Source of the DNA: Terriglobia bacterium | GTDB lineage: Bacteria > Acidobacteriota > Terriglobia > 20CM-2-55-15 | Assembly (NCBI GenBank): GCA_965218585.1 | Contig: CBDCLE010000017.1 | Location: forward strand, 32,001-96,000 | Reading direction: 5' to 3' | DNA length: 64,000 bases | Part shown: positions 9,983 to 20,745 of the stretch, piece by piece | Numbering within the stretch: the first letter of the stretch is position 1 | Layout of the letters: every line of letters begins with the position of its first letter | Notes under the pieces: generated by a model | What the model was told of the DNA's origin: nothing | What the model saw: the letters and a program-made list of their open reading frames with translations, nothing else | The model's database searches: none | Program-made: the position numbers and the translations under genes

Positions 9983-12607
9983 TCATTGCAAACGTTCGAG
10001 TCCTTCGACCAGTCGAGCTTCCTTCGTCTGATAGTCGGAAAGACGCTGCCGATTCTCTTCGACAACCTCTTTGGGAGCTCGCTCCACAAACTTCCTGTTG
10101 GACAACTTCCCTTCCAGCGAGTTGATCTCGCGCCGAACCTTTTCCATTTCGCGGTTCAGCCGAACCTGCTCGGCTTCAAGATCAATAAGTCCGGCAAGAG
10201 GGACTTCCAGGGCAACACCACCGGCCACGGCCTGCGCCGCTGCCCCCTCCAAATCCAACTTCGGAACGATCTCTAAACGTTCCACCCTAGCCAGACGCTG
10301 CATGTAATCCTCGTGGCGGATCAGTACATCCCGAATACCGGAATCCCCGGTTCCAACACGGAGGGGTACAAATTGCTTGGCATCAACGTTTACCTCGGAA
10401 CGAATATTGCGGACCTTGACGATGATTTCCTGAATCAGAGCTGTGTCGCGTTCGACTTTCTCGTCAACGAAATCGGCTTCTAATTCCGGGTACGGTGCAA
10501 CGACGATCGATTCTCCCCTGTGGGGAATCCGTTGCCAGAGTTCCTCGGTGATAAAGGGCATAAACGGATGCAACGTCCGGAGCGCCTTTTCGAAGACATG
10601 AATCAGAACCGGTCTGGATTTCTCGGGATGGAGCTTGGCCATTTCCAGATACCAGTCGCAGAACTCATGCCAGAAGAACTGATAGATACTGCGAGCGGCT
10701 TCATGGAGGAAATAACGGTCCAGCGCCTTGTTCACATCGTCCACCGAACGCATCTGACGGGAAAGAATCCAGCGATCGGCAAGAGAGAGATCCGCATTGC
10801 GAATCTCATCCTCGGCAAGCAGCGTTCCAGAATTGTTCCCGGATCCTAGAATGAATCGGCCCGCGTTCCAGATCTTCGTCGAAAACGCCCGGTAACCTTC
10901 CAACTGGTCTTCGGTGAGGATAAAGTCCGAACCGGGAGCTCCGAGCCGCGCCAGAGTAAAACGTACGGCATCGGTGCCGTATTCATCGCAGACCAGCATC
11001 GGATCTCCTGCATTGCCTTTTGATTTGGAGAGTTTCTGTCTCTCGGCGTCACGGACAAGCCCGTGTATATAGACCTCGCTGAACGGGACATCTCCGGCAA
11101 ACTTGAGGCCGGCCATGATCATGCGGGCCACCCAGAAGAAAATGATGTCGAAACCCGTGACGAGGAGACTCGTGGGATAAAAAGCCTTCAGGTCGCTGGT
11201 TTCCTCGGGCCATCCCATCGTCGAAAACGGCCACAGCTGCGAGCTGAACCAGGTGTCGAGGACATCCTCGTCCTGGGTGATCTCATCTGAGCCGCACTTG
11301 GAACATGCCGTCGGATCGACCCGGGAGACAACGACTTCGCCACATTTGCAGTACCAGGCGGGTATTCTGTGTCCCCACCAGAGCTGGCGGGAAATGCACC
11401 AGTCCCGTATGTTGTACATCCACTCGAAATAGGTCTTAGCCCAGTTCGCCGGTACAAACTTGATGTCGCCTTCTTCGACGGCTCGAATGGCTTCGGCGGC
11501 CATTGGCCCGACATCGACGAACCACTGGGTCGACAACAACGGTTCCACGATGGTCTTGCAACGCGAACAATGCCCGACATTGTGGGCGTGCGACTCAACA
11601 CGGGTCAGGAATGTCTGCGCTACGAGATCCGACAGCAATCGTTCTCGCGCTTCAAACCGGTCCAGACCCGCGTACACCCCGCCCGCCTCGGTGATGTTGC
11701 CTTCTTCATCAATGACACTGATCCGTTCCAGTCCGTGGCGCTCGCCCATATCAAAGTCGGCGGGATCATGCGCCGGCGTCACCTTGACGACGCCTGTACC
11801 AAACTCACGATCCACGACGTCGTCGGAAATGAACGGCAGTCTTCTACCAACCAGAGGCAGCTGGGCACTTCTGTCTTTGAGGTGGGCATACCGCTCATCC
11901 TCCGGATGCACAGCAATGGCTGTATCTCCCAGCATCGTCTCGGGACGCGTGGTCGCAACCTCGACGAACTCCTCGTCCGCGCCTTCAACCCTGTAACGGA
12001 TGTGGTAGAGCTTTCCTTCAAGAGATTTGTATTCGACCTCCAGGTCCGACAACGCCGTCCGGCATCTCGGGCACCAGTTGATCAACCGCTCAGCCCGGTA
12101 AATCAAACCCTCCTCGTAGAGACGCACAAATACTTCCCGTACGGCGTCGGAAAGGCCTTCATCGAGGGTGAAGCGGTGCCGCGACCAGTCGCAGGAATCT
12201 CCGATCCGCCGAATCTGTTTCGTAATGAGATCTCCGTATTCGCTCTTCCATTCCCAGACCTTTTCAACAAATTTGTCCCGGCCAAGATCGTGACGGGTCA
12301 ACCCCTCCTCACGCAGCTGCTTTTCTACAACGTTCTGCGTCGCGATACCGGCATGGTCAGTCCCGGGCAACCAGAGAGTATTGAAACCTTGCATCCGCTT
12401 CCGGCGGATGATGACGTCGTGAACCGTATGATCGAGCATGTGCCCCATGTGGAGAGAACCGGTCACGTTGGGTGGAGGCATTACGATAACGAACGGCGGG
12501 GCAGAAGAATCGGCATTGGCACGGAAATATCCCCGGGTTTCCCAAAAGTCATACCAACGGGACTCCACTCGGTTGGCGTCGTATGTCTTCGGAATATCAG
12601 TCTTCAT
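9983..12607 (-). CDS. valS: Valine--tRNA ligase
   Basis: [30 protein letters not shown] (KMSKS variant) and C-terminal coiled coil. Confidence 0.97.
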   Translation of the reverse strand: MKTDIPKTYDANRVESRWYDFWETRGYFRANADSSAPPFVIVMPPPNVTGSLHMGHMLDHTVHDVIIRRKRMQGFNTLWLPGTDHAGIATQNVVEKQLREEGLTRHDLGRDKFVEKVWEWKSEYGDLITKQIRRIGDSCDWSRHRFTLDEGLSDAVREVFVRLYEEGLIYRAERLINWCPRCRTALSDLEVEYKSLEGKLYHIRYRVEGADEEFVEVATTRPETMLGDTAIAVHPEDERYAHLKDRSAQLPLVGRRLPFISDDVVDREFGTGVVKVTPAHDPADFDMGERHGLERISVIDEEGNITEAGGVYAGLDRFEARERLLSDLVAQTFLTRVESHAHNVGHCSRCKTIVEPLLSTQWFVDVGPMAAEAIRAVEEGDIKFVPANWAKTYFEWMYNIRDWCISRQLWWGHRIPAWYCKCGEVVVSRVDPTACSKCGSDEITQDEDVLDTWFSSQLWPFSTMGWPEETSDLKAFYPTSLLVTGFDIIFFWVARMIMAGLKFAGDVPFSEVYIHGLVRDAERQKLSKSKGNAGDPMLVCDEYGTDAVRFTLARLGAPGSDFILTEDQLEGYRAFSTKIWNAGRFILGSGNNSGTLLAEDEIRNADLSLADRWILSRQMRSVDDVNKALDRYFLHEAARSIYQFFWHEFCDWYLEMAKLHPEKSRPVLIHVFEKALRTLHPFMPFITEELWQRIPHRGESIVVAPYPELEADFVDEKVERDTALIQEIIVKVRNIRSEVNVDAKQFVPLRVGTGDSGIRDVLIRHEDYMQRLARVERLEIVPKLDLEGAAAQAVAGGVALEVPLAGLIDLEAEQVRLNREMEKVRREINSLEGKLSNRKFVERAPKEVVEENRQRLSDYQTKEARLVEGLERLQ

Positions 12608-13208
12608 CGTGCTTCTTCAACTCTTCGTTGACCACCTTGTCTGCGATCTCCGGAACGATTTCCCATGCGATACCCTCGATGACTTCCCTCGACATTCTCT
12701 GGATCACCCGGTCCGCAATCGCATCGATCTCCTGTCCTGACAGCTCTCCAGGCCCACCGCCTTGGTCAACCTTCGGAAACAACTCCTCCAGACCGAGAAT
12801 GTCATCATCGGAGTCTTGTGCTGGCGCCGGGCCCACAAGGGGGTCATCGATCATTCCGGACACCATCTCCAGAAGCTCCTGAGGCTCAAAAGGCTTCTTG
12901 ATTCGACCATTGGCCTCGACGCGTTCGGCCTCTTCCTCATCAAAGGCTTCGAACGCTCCAACCAGTAAAACGACAGGCGTGGCAGCCAACACCGGATGTT
13001 GCTTGACGAACGAACACACTTCATAGCCGTTCTTGCCCGGCATGTAGATGTCGGCAAGCACAATAGACGGTCGAACTTCATCGAACTTGCTGAGGGCCGC
13101 CTCTCCGTTACTGACAGCGACAACGGTGTAGTTAGCGCCCTCGAAGGTCTGTGCCACGAGTCGCTGAATCGTTGGACTGTCGTCAGCAAGCAGAATTGTT
13201 TGTGTCAT
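12597..13208 (-). CDS. Response regulator receiver with RomR-like C-terminal helix
   Basis: Receiver domain (ADD, D-x-x-MP, KPF); C-terminal [25 protein letters not shown]; overlaps the valS start. Confidence 0.75.
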   Translation of the reverse strand: MTQTILLADDSPTIQRLVAQTFEGANYTVVAVSNGEAALSKFDEVRPSIVLADIYMPGKNGYEVCSFVKQHPVLAATPVVLLVGAFEAFDEEEAERVEANGRIKKPFEPQELLEMVSGMIDDPLVGPAPAQDSDDDILGLEELFPKVDQGGGPGELSGQEIDAIADRVIQRMSREVIEGIAWEIVPEIADKVVNEELKKHDED

Positions 13209-13319
13209 GTATTCTTCCGTGGGCTCCGGGCCCTCAGGAAAGCGTTCGGTGAGGAGTGATCGGCCGGATTCCCAGCATCGTCATTTCTGGCTGACCACTT
13301 CCCCGCTGGCATAAATATA

Positions 13320-13343
13320 GGCGGCCGAACGGCCGCCCTTTTT
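13320..13343. terminator. GC-rich hairpin, possible terminator downstream of bamD
   Basis: GGCGGCC-GAAC-GGCCGCC; followed by CTTTTT on the plus strand and by TATATTTAT on the minus strand. Confidence 0.5.
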
Positions 13344-13388
13344 CGTCCAATTCTCTTTGGCCCGCAGGTTCTGTCCCACGGTTTATCC

Positions 13389-14390
13389 CTACTGTTCCCC
13401 TAACGACTCATCCGAACCAACCACAGCGCCCTCTACCTCAAACACGCCTTCCTCGTCACCGCCGGTCCCATCTTCACCAGGAATGATCGAAGCCGCTGTC
13501 GTATCCGTGGAAATATCAGGACGGCGGCTCCAGAGACCGAACATGCGAGCCAGCAATCCTTTTCCGTCGGGTTCAGGTGCGGCTTCAGCTCTTGCGAGTG
13601 CGACAGGGTTTGCACTTGGGATCGGCTGGTCCAACTCTGCCAGACGCTCCGTCGCATCCTCGACGACCTCTGCCAGTGGGTGGTCCCGGATGACCCGCGT
13701 GTAATAGAGAATCGATTCACCTTCGTCGTCGTTGGCACGCATGGTTTCGGCAAGCCGGAAGAGAGTTTCCGGCATCTGGGAAAAGTCTGGATACTTTTCA
13801 AGAATCTCCAAGTACCGATCGGTTGCGGCTATGTAAGAACCCACCGTCTCGTAGTAATTCGCTATCCTCAGAACGCCTTCAGCCAGCACTTCCTGGACGG
13901 CTCGAAGTTTTTCCTTGGCTTCGTCCAAAAGTGGGCTGTCCGGATAGGTGGACACGAAATTCCTCAACTCCAACTCCGCCATCAGGGCCTGAGTCGAGTC
14001 CCTGTCAGGCTTTTCCATCTGACGCACGTGGGTCATGGCAACCATTAGTTGCGCATCATCAGACAAGTCATCTGTCGGGAAAAAGGTAATGTAATCCTTG
14101 AATTCAGCCTCGGCCTGGATCATGTCCGAACTGGTACCAGCCCGATAGAAAGATTCGGCGACCGCGTATTTCGATTGCGGGAGAAATTCGCTGTCCGGAT
14201 ACGTATTGATGAGCGTGTTCAGTTCAAGCCGAGCCCTGACATAGCGACCCTGGTCGAGGTCGAACAACGCCCGGTTAAACAAAGTCCGATCCGGCTCATC
14301 GATACCCTCACCGATATCGATGTCTTCCGGATATCCGCCACATCCTGTGAGGAACAGAACGGCGAGTACAACCCAAACCTTCCGCTTCAT
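13389..14390 (-). CDS. bamD: Outer membrane protein assembly factor BamD
   Basis: Lipobox LTGC; TPR helices with YPDS, FITFFP-like and PDRD motifs. Confidence 0.85.
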   Translation of the reverse strand: MKRKVWVVLAVLFLTGCGGYPEDIDIGEGIDEPDRTLFNRALFDLDQGRYVRARLELNTLINTYPDSEFLPQSKYAVAESFYRAGTSSDMIQAEAEFKDYITFFPTDDLSDDAQLMVAMTHVRQMEKPDRDSTQALMAELELRNFVSTYPDSPLLDEAKEKLRAVQEVLAEGVLRIANYYETVGSYIAATDRYLEILEKYPDFSQMPETLFRLAETMRANDDEGESILYYTRVIRDHPLAEVVEDATERLAELDQPIPSANPVALARAEAAPEPDGKGLLARMFGLWSRRPDISTDTTAASIIPGEDGTGGDEEGVFEVEGAVVGSDESLGEQ

Positions 14391-14425
14391 TCACCGACCT
14401 CTCAGATTCGGGGAAAACCCTTAAA

Positions 14426-15109
14426 TCATACGTACTTAGAATCATAACCGAGCAGGGTAGCCTTTTCCAACATTTCCTGAACCACCGCTGCCGGATCTGG
14501 GGCTTTAAAAATAGCAGAGCCGGCTACGATGACCTCGGCGCCGGCTCCGAGCACATCGCCCAGATTGTCCAGGTCGATTCCACCGTCAACCTCGATGGCG
14601 CACCCGACCCCAGCCTGGTCGATCATCTCGCGAAGCCGACGGATTTTCCGAATCGTATAGGGAATAAACTCCTGACCACCGAAACCCGGATTCACAGTCA
14701 TCACCAGGATCAGATCCACAAGATCAAGGACGTGCTCGACCTCCGTAAGCGACGTTGCCGGATTGAGCGCAACACCTACCCTGGCGCCGAAGGAGCGGAC
14801 CAGGGCAACGGTTCGGTCCAGGTGCTTCAAGGCTTCGACATGAACCGTAATGGTGCTGGCTCCAGCCTCTGCAAATGCGGGAACGAAGCGGTCCGCTTCG
14901 GCGATCATCAGGTGGACGTCGAGCGGAAGTTCGGTTGCATCACGAATCGATTTCACAACAGGGGGGCCGATCGTTATGTTGGGTACGAAGTGCCCGTCCA
15001 TGACGTCGACGTGAATCATATGAGCCCCGGCCTCCTCTACCGTTCGAATCTCCTCACCCAGTCGTGTGAAATCCGCGGAGAGTATGGACGGAGCGATTTG
15101 TACGTTCAC
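14426..15109 (-). CDS. rpe: Ribulose-phosphate 3-epimerase
   Basis: IAPSILSADF, HVDVMDGHFVPN and MTVNPGFGGQ motifs. Confidence 0.95.
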   Translation of the reverse strand: MNVQIAPSILSADFTRLGEEIRTVEEAGAHMIHVDVMDGHFVPNITIGPPVVKSIRDATELPLDVHLMIAEADRFVPAFAEAGASTITVHVEALKHLDRTVALVRSFGARVGVALNPATSLTEVEHVLDLVDLILVMTVNPGFGGQEFIPYTIRKIRRLREMIDQAGVGCAIEVDGGIDLDNLGDVLGAGAEVIVAGSAIFKAPDPAAVVQEMLEKATLLGYDSKYV

Positions 15110-15885
15110 TGGCTCACTTCCAGGTTGATGACCTCGTTTTTCGACACTTTGTAGCCGGCTGCGGGTTGCTGGCCCACGACCAGGCCCGGTTCGAGTTCCG
15201 ACCCCTCGGTGTAGGCGATCTCCCCCAGTCGAAACCCCTCCCCTCGCATACGGGCAACCACATCGTCGGCCAATTGCTCGGTCAAGTCCGGCATAACGTA
15301 GTACTGCTCGATCGGGCCGAGGGAAACCAGCACATTAACAGCAGGATCGTCGTCGCCGATGTCCCCAGCTTCGGGTTTCTGATGCATCACGATGGACACA
15401 TCGCCATCCCCGGTATGTGAATAGACGGTGTTTCCAACCGAAAGGCCACGCTGATTCAGCATGATCTGCGCGCTTCTGAAGCTTGATCCGGCCAACTCGG
15501 GAACAGGAAATTGACGCTCTCCCAAACTCAACAGAACACGCACGCTTCGATCCCTCTTCACCCGTGTCCCCGCAGAAGGATTCTGATCCAGTATCTGGCC
15601 CTCCGGGATCGTGTCACTGAAACGGCGGCTGTCCAACTCCAGACCAAGTCCCAATTCCGCCAGTATCCGGCTCGCTTCGACCTCAGCCATACCGCCCAGT
15701 TCAGGAACCTCGACCTCCTGCCCCCGAATGGCAAACCGCATCGCTGTCATAGCACTGAGCATTCCCGCAGCCAGTAGGACGAGAATCATGAGTGTCACAA
15801 CCGAGAAACGAGCCCAGAAGCTATCCCCCTCCGAGGTTTCTTTTTCCGGTCGATTTCTAGGCGTGTGGTTGATCGTTTTAAGCAC
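15106..15885 (-). CDS. Membrane-anchored protein with three PASTA domains
   Basis: TM helix followed by three VP(E/D)L-G...Q-P-AG repeats. Confidence 0.85.
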   Translation of the reverse strand: MLKTINHTPRNRPEKETSEGDSFWARFSVVTLMILVLLAAGMLSAMTAMRFAIRGQEVEVPELGGMAEVEASRILAELGLGLELDSRRFSDTIPEGQILDQNPSAGTRVKRDRSVRVLLSLGERQFPVPELAGSSFRSAQIMLNQRGLSVGNTVYSHTGDGDVSIVMHQKPEAGDIGDDDPAVNVLVSLGPIEQYYVMPDLTEQLADDVVARMRGEGFRLGEIAYTEGSELEPGLVVGQQPAAGYKVSKNEVINLEVSQ

Positions 15886-15908
15886 TATCTTCTCACGTGT
15901 TCAGCTTA

Positions 15909-16221
15909 TAGTATCCCGTCCCATGGCAGCCGGTGTTTAAAGTCCGACGTGCGCTCACCAGTCGTCGATTTGATCTTATTCTTACACTGACGCCTCGGCT
16001 CCGCCTCGTTGTCCACCCGCACCGTCGAACCGGTGTGGGTCCTTTTGGGACATGTTTCAACATTCCGCAAATCCCTAGAGGCCTCGCCATCAGGAGAATG
16101 GCGAGGGTCGCCGGGCGTTCGGTCAGGATGGCCGCTTGAACGCCCGAGCGAAATCTTATGTTGCATATCGCTAACTGAGGACCCTAAGCACCCACTTACA
16201 GGACAGGGTACTTGTGTCCTG
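15909..16221. repeat. Structured intergenic region with several hairpins and imperfect terminal IRs (MITE-like)
   Basis: Stems cccgcaccg/cggtgtggg, cctcgccat/atggcgagg, cgggcgttc/gaacgcccg and caggaca/tgtcctg; ends agtatcccgtcc versus agtaccctgtcc. Confidence 0.4.
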
Positions 16222-16227
16222 GCCCGA

Positions 16228-17175
16228 TCAGGACCTTTCCAGAGCCGTGAACCGGTCCCCGGGAACGAGACGAACTCCGTTGGCGAAATCCGCACCAGAC
16301 ACAGCGTTCTTGTTCTCCAACTGAAGTCGCTCGATCTCCAGCCAACGACCATCTCCGCAGCTCACCGTCAGTCGATTGGAATCAAACTCAACCGTTCCGG
16401 GCTCGCAGTCTTCGGCCGTATCACCCGTGGGACGGGAGCCGAGAATCCTGCATGCCTTACCCCGGAACCCAACAACGACCGAAGGCCATGGGAGAAAAGC
16501 ACGCACCTTATTATGTATCGCCTCCGCGGATTCGTGCCAGCCGATATAGGCGTCTTCTTTCCGTAGGCGTCGGGCCATGCTCGCCAACTTCTCCTCCTGC
16601 GGCGTCGGCTGAACTTCACCAGTCTCGATCGCTTCAAGTGTGCGGACCAAAAGCCGAGCACCCAACACTGCCAGGCGCCCTCCCAGCTCGGGCGCAGTCT
16701 CCTGCAGTCCAATCTGCGTGTCTTCGCAGTAGTAAACGGGCCCCGTATCCATCCCTTCATCGATCTGCATCGTACAGACACCGGTTCGCTCGTCTCCGCT
16801 CGCGATCGCCCAATTGATCGGAGCTGCGCCCCGGTACTTTGGTAACAGGGAGCCATGGACGTTCACGATTCCGAACCGTGGGAGGTCGATGAGCCAGGGA
16901 GGCAGAATCTTTCCGTACGCAACGACGACGATCAATTCCGGGGAGAGACCCTCGATCAAGGCTCGAACGCTGCCTGGTTTGAAGGACTTGGGCTGATGGA
17001 TCTCCAGGCCCAGGGACAACGCGGTTTCTTTTACCGGGGAAAAATGAACCCGTCGCCCGCGTCCGCTTGGCCGATCGGGCTGAATGAAAACGGCGCTGAC
17101 GCTATGTCCGGCAGAAACAAGCTCTTCCAACGACGGAACTGCGAAGGCCGCAGTGCCCATGAAGGCCAGGCGCAT
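16228..17175 (-). CDS. fmt: Methionyl-tRNA formyltransferase
   Basis: FMGT, QPDRPSGRG and NVHGSLLPKYRGAAPI motifs. Confidence 0.95.
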   Translation of the reverse strand: MRLAFMGTAAFAVPSLEELVSAGHSVSAVFIQPDRPSGRGRRVHFSPVKETALSLGLEIHQPKSFKPGSVRALIEGLSPELIVVVAYGKILPPWLIDLPRFGIVNVHGSLLPKYRGAAPINWAIASGDERTGVCTMQIDEGMDTGPVYYCEDTQIGLQETAPELGGRLAVLGARLLVRTLEAIETGEVQPTPQEEKLASMARRLRKEDAYIGWHESAEAIHNKVRAFLPWPSVVVGFRGKACRILGSRPTGDTAEDCEPGTVEFDSNRLTVSCGDGRWLEIERLQLENKNAVSGADFANGVRLVPGDRFTALERS

Positions 17176-17178
17176 GAC

Positions 17179-17688
17179 CTACCATTCATCCTGCTTGACG
17201 AGTTTCCGGATCTTCCGCCGAATGAGATCCCTCTTGATGAAACTCAAGTGTTCGAGGAAAAGGACGCCGTTGAGGTGGTCCATTTCGTGGCAGAACGCGC
17301 GCGCTAACAGATCGGAGCCTTCAAGGATCAGATCCCGGCCCTCCATATCGACCCCCTTTATGACGACTTTCTTTGGACGCCGGACCGGTTCGGTGAAGCC
17401 GGGGATGCTCAAACAACCTTCTTCCTCATACTGCTCGCCATCGGTAGACACGATCTCGGGATTGAGAATCACCAGGAGGTGATCTTCTTTTTCACCTGCG
17501 CTGGTGTCGGTCACCATGATCCGCTGGGAAAACCCCACCTGCGGCGCAGCCAGGCCAACACCAGGCGCTTTGTACATGGTTTCCACCATGTCGGCAACGA
17601 GCTTTACTTCCATGTCCGTGATGTTCTCCACGGGTGTTGCAATTTTCTGAAGAACCTCGGCACCAAACTTGACGATAGGTCTATTCAT
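17179..17688 (-). CDS. def: Peptide deformylase
   Basis: GVGLAAPQ, EGCLS and HEMDHLNG motifs. Confidence 0.95.
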   Translation of the reverse strand: MNRPIVKFGAEVLQKIATPVENITDMEVKLVADMVETMYKAPGVGLAAPQVGFSQRIMVTDTSAGEKEDHLLVILNPEIVSTDGEQYEEEGCLSIPGFTEPVRRPKKVVIKGVDMEGRDLILEGSDLLARAFCHEMDHLNGVLFLEHLSFIKRDLIRRKIRKLVKQDEW

Positions 17689-17690
17689 GG

Positions 17691-18875
17691 TCAATCTGAT
17701 GTGCCGAAGTTCCTCAACTGCTCGAGATACCCGGCATAGTTCCTCAGGGCCTCCCCCATCGAATCACCGCCGAATTTTTCTGTCACGGCTTCGGCCAGGA
17801 CCAGCGCAACCATAGATTCAGCGATTACTCCGGCAGCTGGCACCGTGCAGGTGTCGGATCTCTCGTGGGCTGCCTCGAATGGCTCCTTCGAAATCATGTC
17901 GACGGAACGGAGAGCCTTCTTGAGCGTAGGAATGGGCTTCAGATACCCGATCACACGGACATCCTCGCCGTTGGTAATTCCGCCTTCTGTTCCTCCAGCG
18001 CGGTTTGACAGCCGGTCGAAACGTCCCGTTTCAGAATCGAATGAAATCTCATCGTGAGAAACTGAACCTCGTCGTCCGGCCGTACGGACGCCATCTCCAA
18101 TCTCCACGGCCTTGATCGCGTGTATCGACATGACAGCCTGCGCAAGCCGTCCATCGAGTTTCCGATCCCAACCCGTGTGCGATCCTAAACCCACAGGCGT
18201 GTTGCACGCTACGACTTCAAAAGTGCCCCCGATCGTGTCTCCGTCTTTCTGCGCCTTCCCGATCTCCTCGACCATACTCTTCGAGTAGTCTTCCAGTACG
18301 CATCTCACGACGTCGTCATTGCGAATTGATTCGAGCTGATCCCAGGAAACAGCGAAATCATCGGGAACCTTGACGGAACCTATAGACGTGGTGTGGCTCA
18401 GAATCTCCACATCAAAAGCTCGCAGGAATTCCTTTGCCACAGCTCCGGCCGCCACGCGCGACGCCGTTTCGCGAGCGCTCGAGCGCTCGAGAATGTTTCG
18501 TGCGTCGGACTGATCGAATTTCTGGGAGCCCACAAGGTCCGCATGGCCCGGCCTTGGGCGAGTGACTCGTCTCTTTTCTGCAACTTCGGCTGAGACAGGC
18601 TCAACCGACATCACTCCATCCCAGTTCGGCCAGTCCCGATTCTCGATCATCAGCGCGATCGGGCTCCCCAGCGTCCGACCGTGCCTCACACCTGAAAGGA
18701 CACGAACCTGGTCGGACTCGATCTTCATTCTCCCGCCCCGGCCGAATCCTCCCTGGCGTCGTTTCAGTTCTCCATTGATGAAGGCAATATCCAGATCCAG
18801 ATTGGCCGGAACACCGTCCACAATGATGACCAACGCCTGTCCATGGGACTCGCCGGCAGTCTTAAACCTAAACAT
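17691..18875 (-). CDS. aroC: Chorismate synthase
   Basis: TAGESHG, RPGHAD, ERSSARET and ERSD motifs; start at ATG 18875. Confidence 0.95.
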   Translation of the reverse strand: MFRFKTAGESHGQALVIIVDGVPANLDLDIAFINGELKRRQGGFGRGGRMKIESDQVRVLSGVRHGRTLGSPIALMIENRDWPNWDGVMSVEPVSAEVAEKRRVTRPRPGHADLVGSQKFDQSDARNILERSSARETASRVAAGAVAKEFLRAFDVEILSHTTSIGSVKVPDDFAVSWDQLESIRNDDVVRCVLEDYSKSMVEEIGKAQKDGDTIGGTFEVVACNTPVGLGSHTGWDRKLDGRLAQAVMSIHAIKAVEIGDGVRTAGRRGSVSHDEISFDSETGRFDRLSNRAGGTEGGITNGEDVRVIGYLKPIPTLKKALRSVDMISKEPFEAAHERSDTCTVPAAGVIAESMVALVLAEAVTEKFGGDSMGEALRNYAGYLEQLRNFGTSD

Positions 18876-19011
18876 TCGCCCAGTATAGCAGCCCGGGAAC
18901 CATGTGGCAGGGCCCTGGGGCCAGCCTTTGAACGAGGCGTCCAACTTGAAATTTACGAGTTACTTCGGCCGATCACTACCGTCGTTGACGCTAAAAGGGT
19001 CTTCCGATACG

Positions 19012-19779
19012 ATGACCCTTATGTTGTTCAGCCCCAAGACCGTGGTCATCGAGGTACAGGAACTCTCGCTCCTCATCGTCCGTGCGACCAGGGGCGCGTT
19101 TCGACGCCCCTTCTACTTTCGTGACATTCTGATTCAAATGGACCACGTCGGAGTCCAGTCGATGACCATCATCATGCTGACCGGATTTTTTACCGGAGCG
19201 GTCCTTGCCCTCCAGACGTCATCAACACTGTCCACTTTCGGCGCCGTCGGTCTGACCGGGTCGTTGGTATCCATTTCCCTGGTTCGGGAATTAGGGCCCG
19301 TTCTGGCAGCCCTGATGGTGGCTGGTCGAGTGGGTTCGGGCATGGCATCGGAACTGGGCTCGATGAAGGTCACCGAACAGATCAACGCAATGCGAGCCCT
19401 GGGAACCGATCCGATCAAGAAGCTGGTTGTTCCCCGAATCTTTGCCACCGTGACGATGCAGCCGCTTCTGACAATAGTCGCAAACGCGCTTGGTGTCGTC
19501 GGTGGGCTGTTTATGGCGGTGCTCGTACTGCAGATATCTGCGAACCTCTATCTCAATTCAGCCTGGGACGCCCTCGACTTCAACGACATCCTTGGTGGCC
19601 TCCTCAAGCCAATCGTCTTTGGCGCGATTATCGCTACCGTCAGTTGTCATTGCGGCATGCGCACTGAAGGGGGCACACAGGGCGTCGGCCGTTCCACCAC
19701 ACAAGCGGTGGTTGCAACCTCGGTTCTCATTCTTGCATCGGATCTGCTTCTTACTCGCTTGATCCTGAGCTATTTATGA
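19012..19779 (+). CDS. mlaE: MlaE-family ABC permease
   Basis: RELGPVLAALMVAGRVGS and ELGSMKVTEQI motifs; start approximate. Confidence 0.88.
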   Translation: MTLMLFSPKTVVIEVQELSLLIVRATRGAFRRPFYFRDILIQMDHVGVQSMTIIMLTGFFTGAVLALQTSSTLSTFGAVGLTGSLVSISLVRELGPVLAALMVAGRVGSGMASELGSMKVTEQINAMRALGTDPIKKLVVPRIFATVTMQPLLTIVANALGVVGGLFMAVLVLQISANLYLNSAWDALDFNDILGGLLKPIVFGAIIATVSCHCGMRTEGGTQGVGRSTTQAVVATSVLILASDLLLTRLILSYL

Positions 19780-20615
19780 AAACGCTGGATCAGAGTCATG
19801 AGAGTGGAAACAATCAACTCTCCAACGTTGTTCTCGAACTTCGAAATATCACCAAGTACTACGGCGATCTGCGAGTCCTCGATGACATATCGTTTCGTCT
19901 CAAGCGCGGAGAAACGAAGATCATTCTCGGCGGTAGCGGTTCGGGAAAGTCAACGATGCTCAAATTGATGATGGGTCTGGAATCGCCCGACGAAGGAACG
20001 GTGATGATAGACGGCGAAGACATCACGAACATGGACGAACGGACGCTTGGGGGGATACGACCAAAGGCAGGAATAGTGTTTCAGGAATCGGGCCTTTTCG
20101 ATTCACTTCCGGTCTTTGAAAACGTCGCATACCGCCTCTATGAATTGCACATCGAGGAGGACGAAATCGAGGAGCACGTACGGAGAGTTCTCGGTTTTGT
20201 CGGCCTGGAAGACGCGATCGAACTCATGCCTTCTCAATTGTCGGGTGGAATGAAACGGCGTGTTTCCCTCGCGCGGGCTCTGGTCTCCGAACCCAAGATA
20301 ATGCTTTACGACGAGCCTACGGCCGGCCTGGATCCGGTCACGTCACGACGCATCAACGAGCTCATCATACGACTGAGAGACACGCAGGGAGTATCGGGTG
20401 TGTTCGTTACCCATCGACTGAGAGATGCTTTCACGTTGGCAACCGAGTACGCCGCAGAATCTAATGGCGACCTTCAGTTCAGGAGGGAAGACGGCACCTT
20501 CTGCCTGGCACATACTCGTTTTGTCATGCTCAACATGGGTAAGATTATTTTTGAAGGACCCGACGAACTGCTCCGGGCTTCGACGGATTCTTACATACGG
20601 AAGTTTCTCGCATGA
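19776..20615 (+). CDS. mlaF: MlaF-family ABC ATPase
   Basis: Walker A GGSGSGKST, LSGGMKRR and YDEPTAGLDP motifs. Confidence 0.88.
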   Translation: MKTLDQSHESGNNQLSNVVLELRNITKYYGDLRVLDDISFRLKRGETKIILGGSGSGKSTMLKLMMGLESPDEGTVMIDGEDITNMDERTLGGIRPKAGIVFQESGLFDSLPVFENVAYRLYELHIEEDEIEEHVRRVLGFVGLEDAIELMPSQLSGGMKRRVSLARALVSEPKIMLYDEPTAGLDPVTSRRINELIIRLRDTQGVSGVFVTHRLRDAFTLATEYAAESNGDLQFRREDGTFCLAHTRFVMLNMGKIIFEGPDELLRASTDSYIRKFLA

Positions 20616-20745
20616 AGGCCACGCATTCATGCTGCCTTTATTTTAGAAGTAGCGCGTAGACAAATTGGGATAAATTGGTCGTCAAACTGGACGGTTAGCA
20701 GCGGAACAGATCTTCCTGTCACACGCTGCCCGTGAAGGGGAAAAC

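Noticed and set aside
11020-11036. KLSKS instead of KMSKS in ValRS
   Set aside because: It is a conservative variant tolerated in class I synthetases, and the gene is otherwise intact.
11369-12631. Long antisense ORFs (also 44674-45798, 46290-47603, 62251-63213 and 8791-9684)
   Set aside because: These are shadow frames opposite well-supported genes in GC-rich DNA and carry no recognisable motifs.
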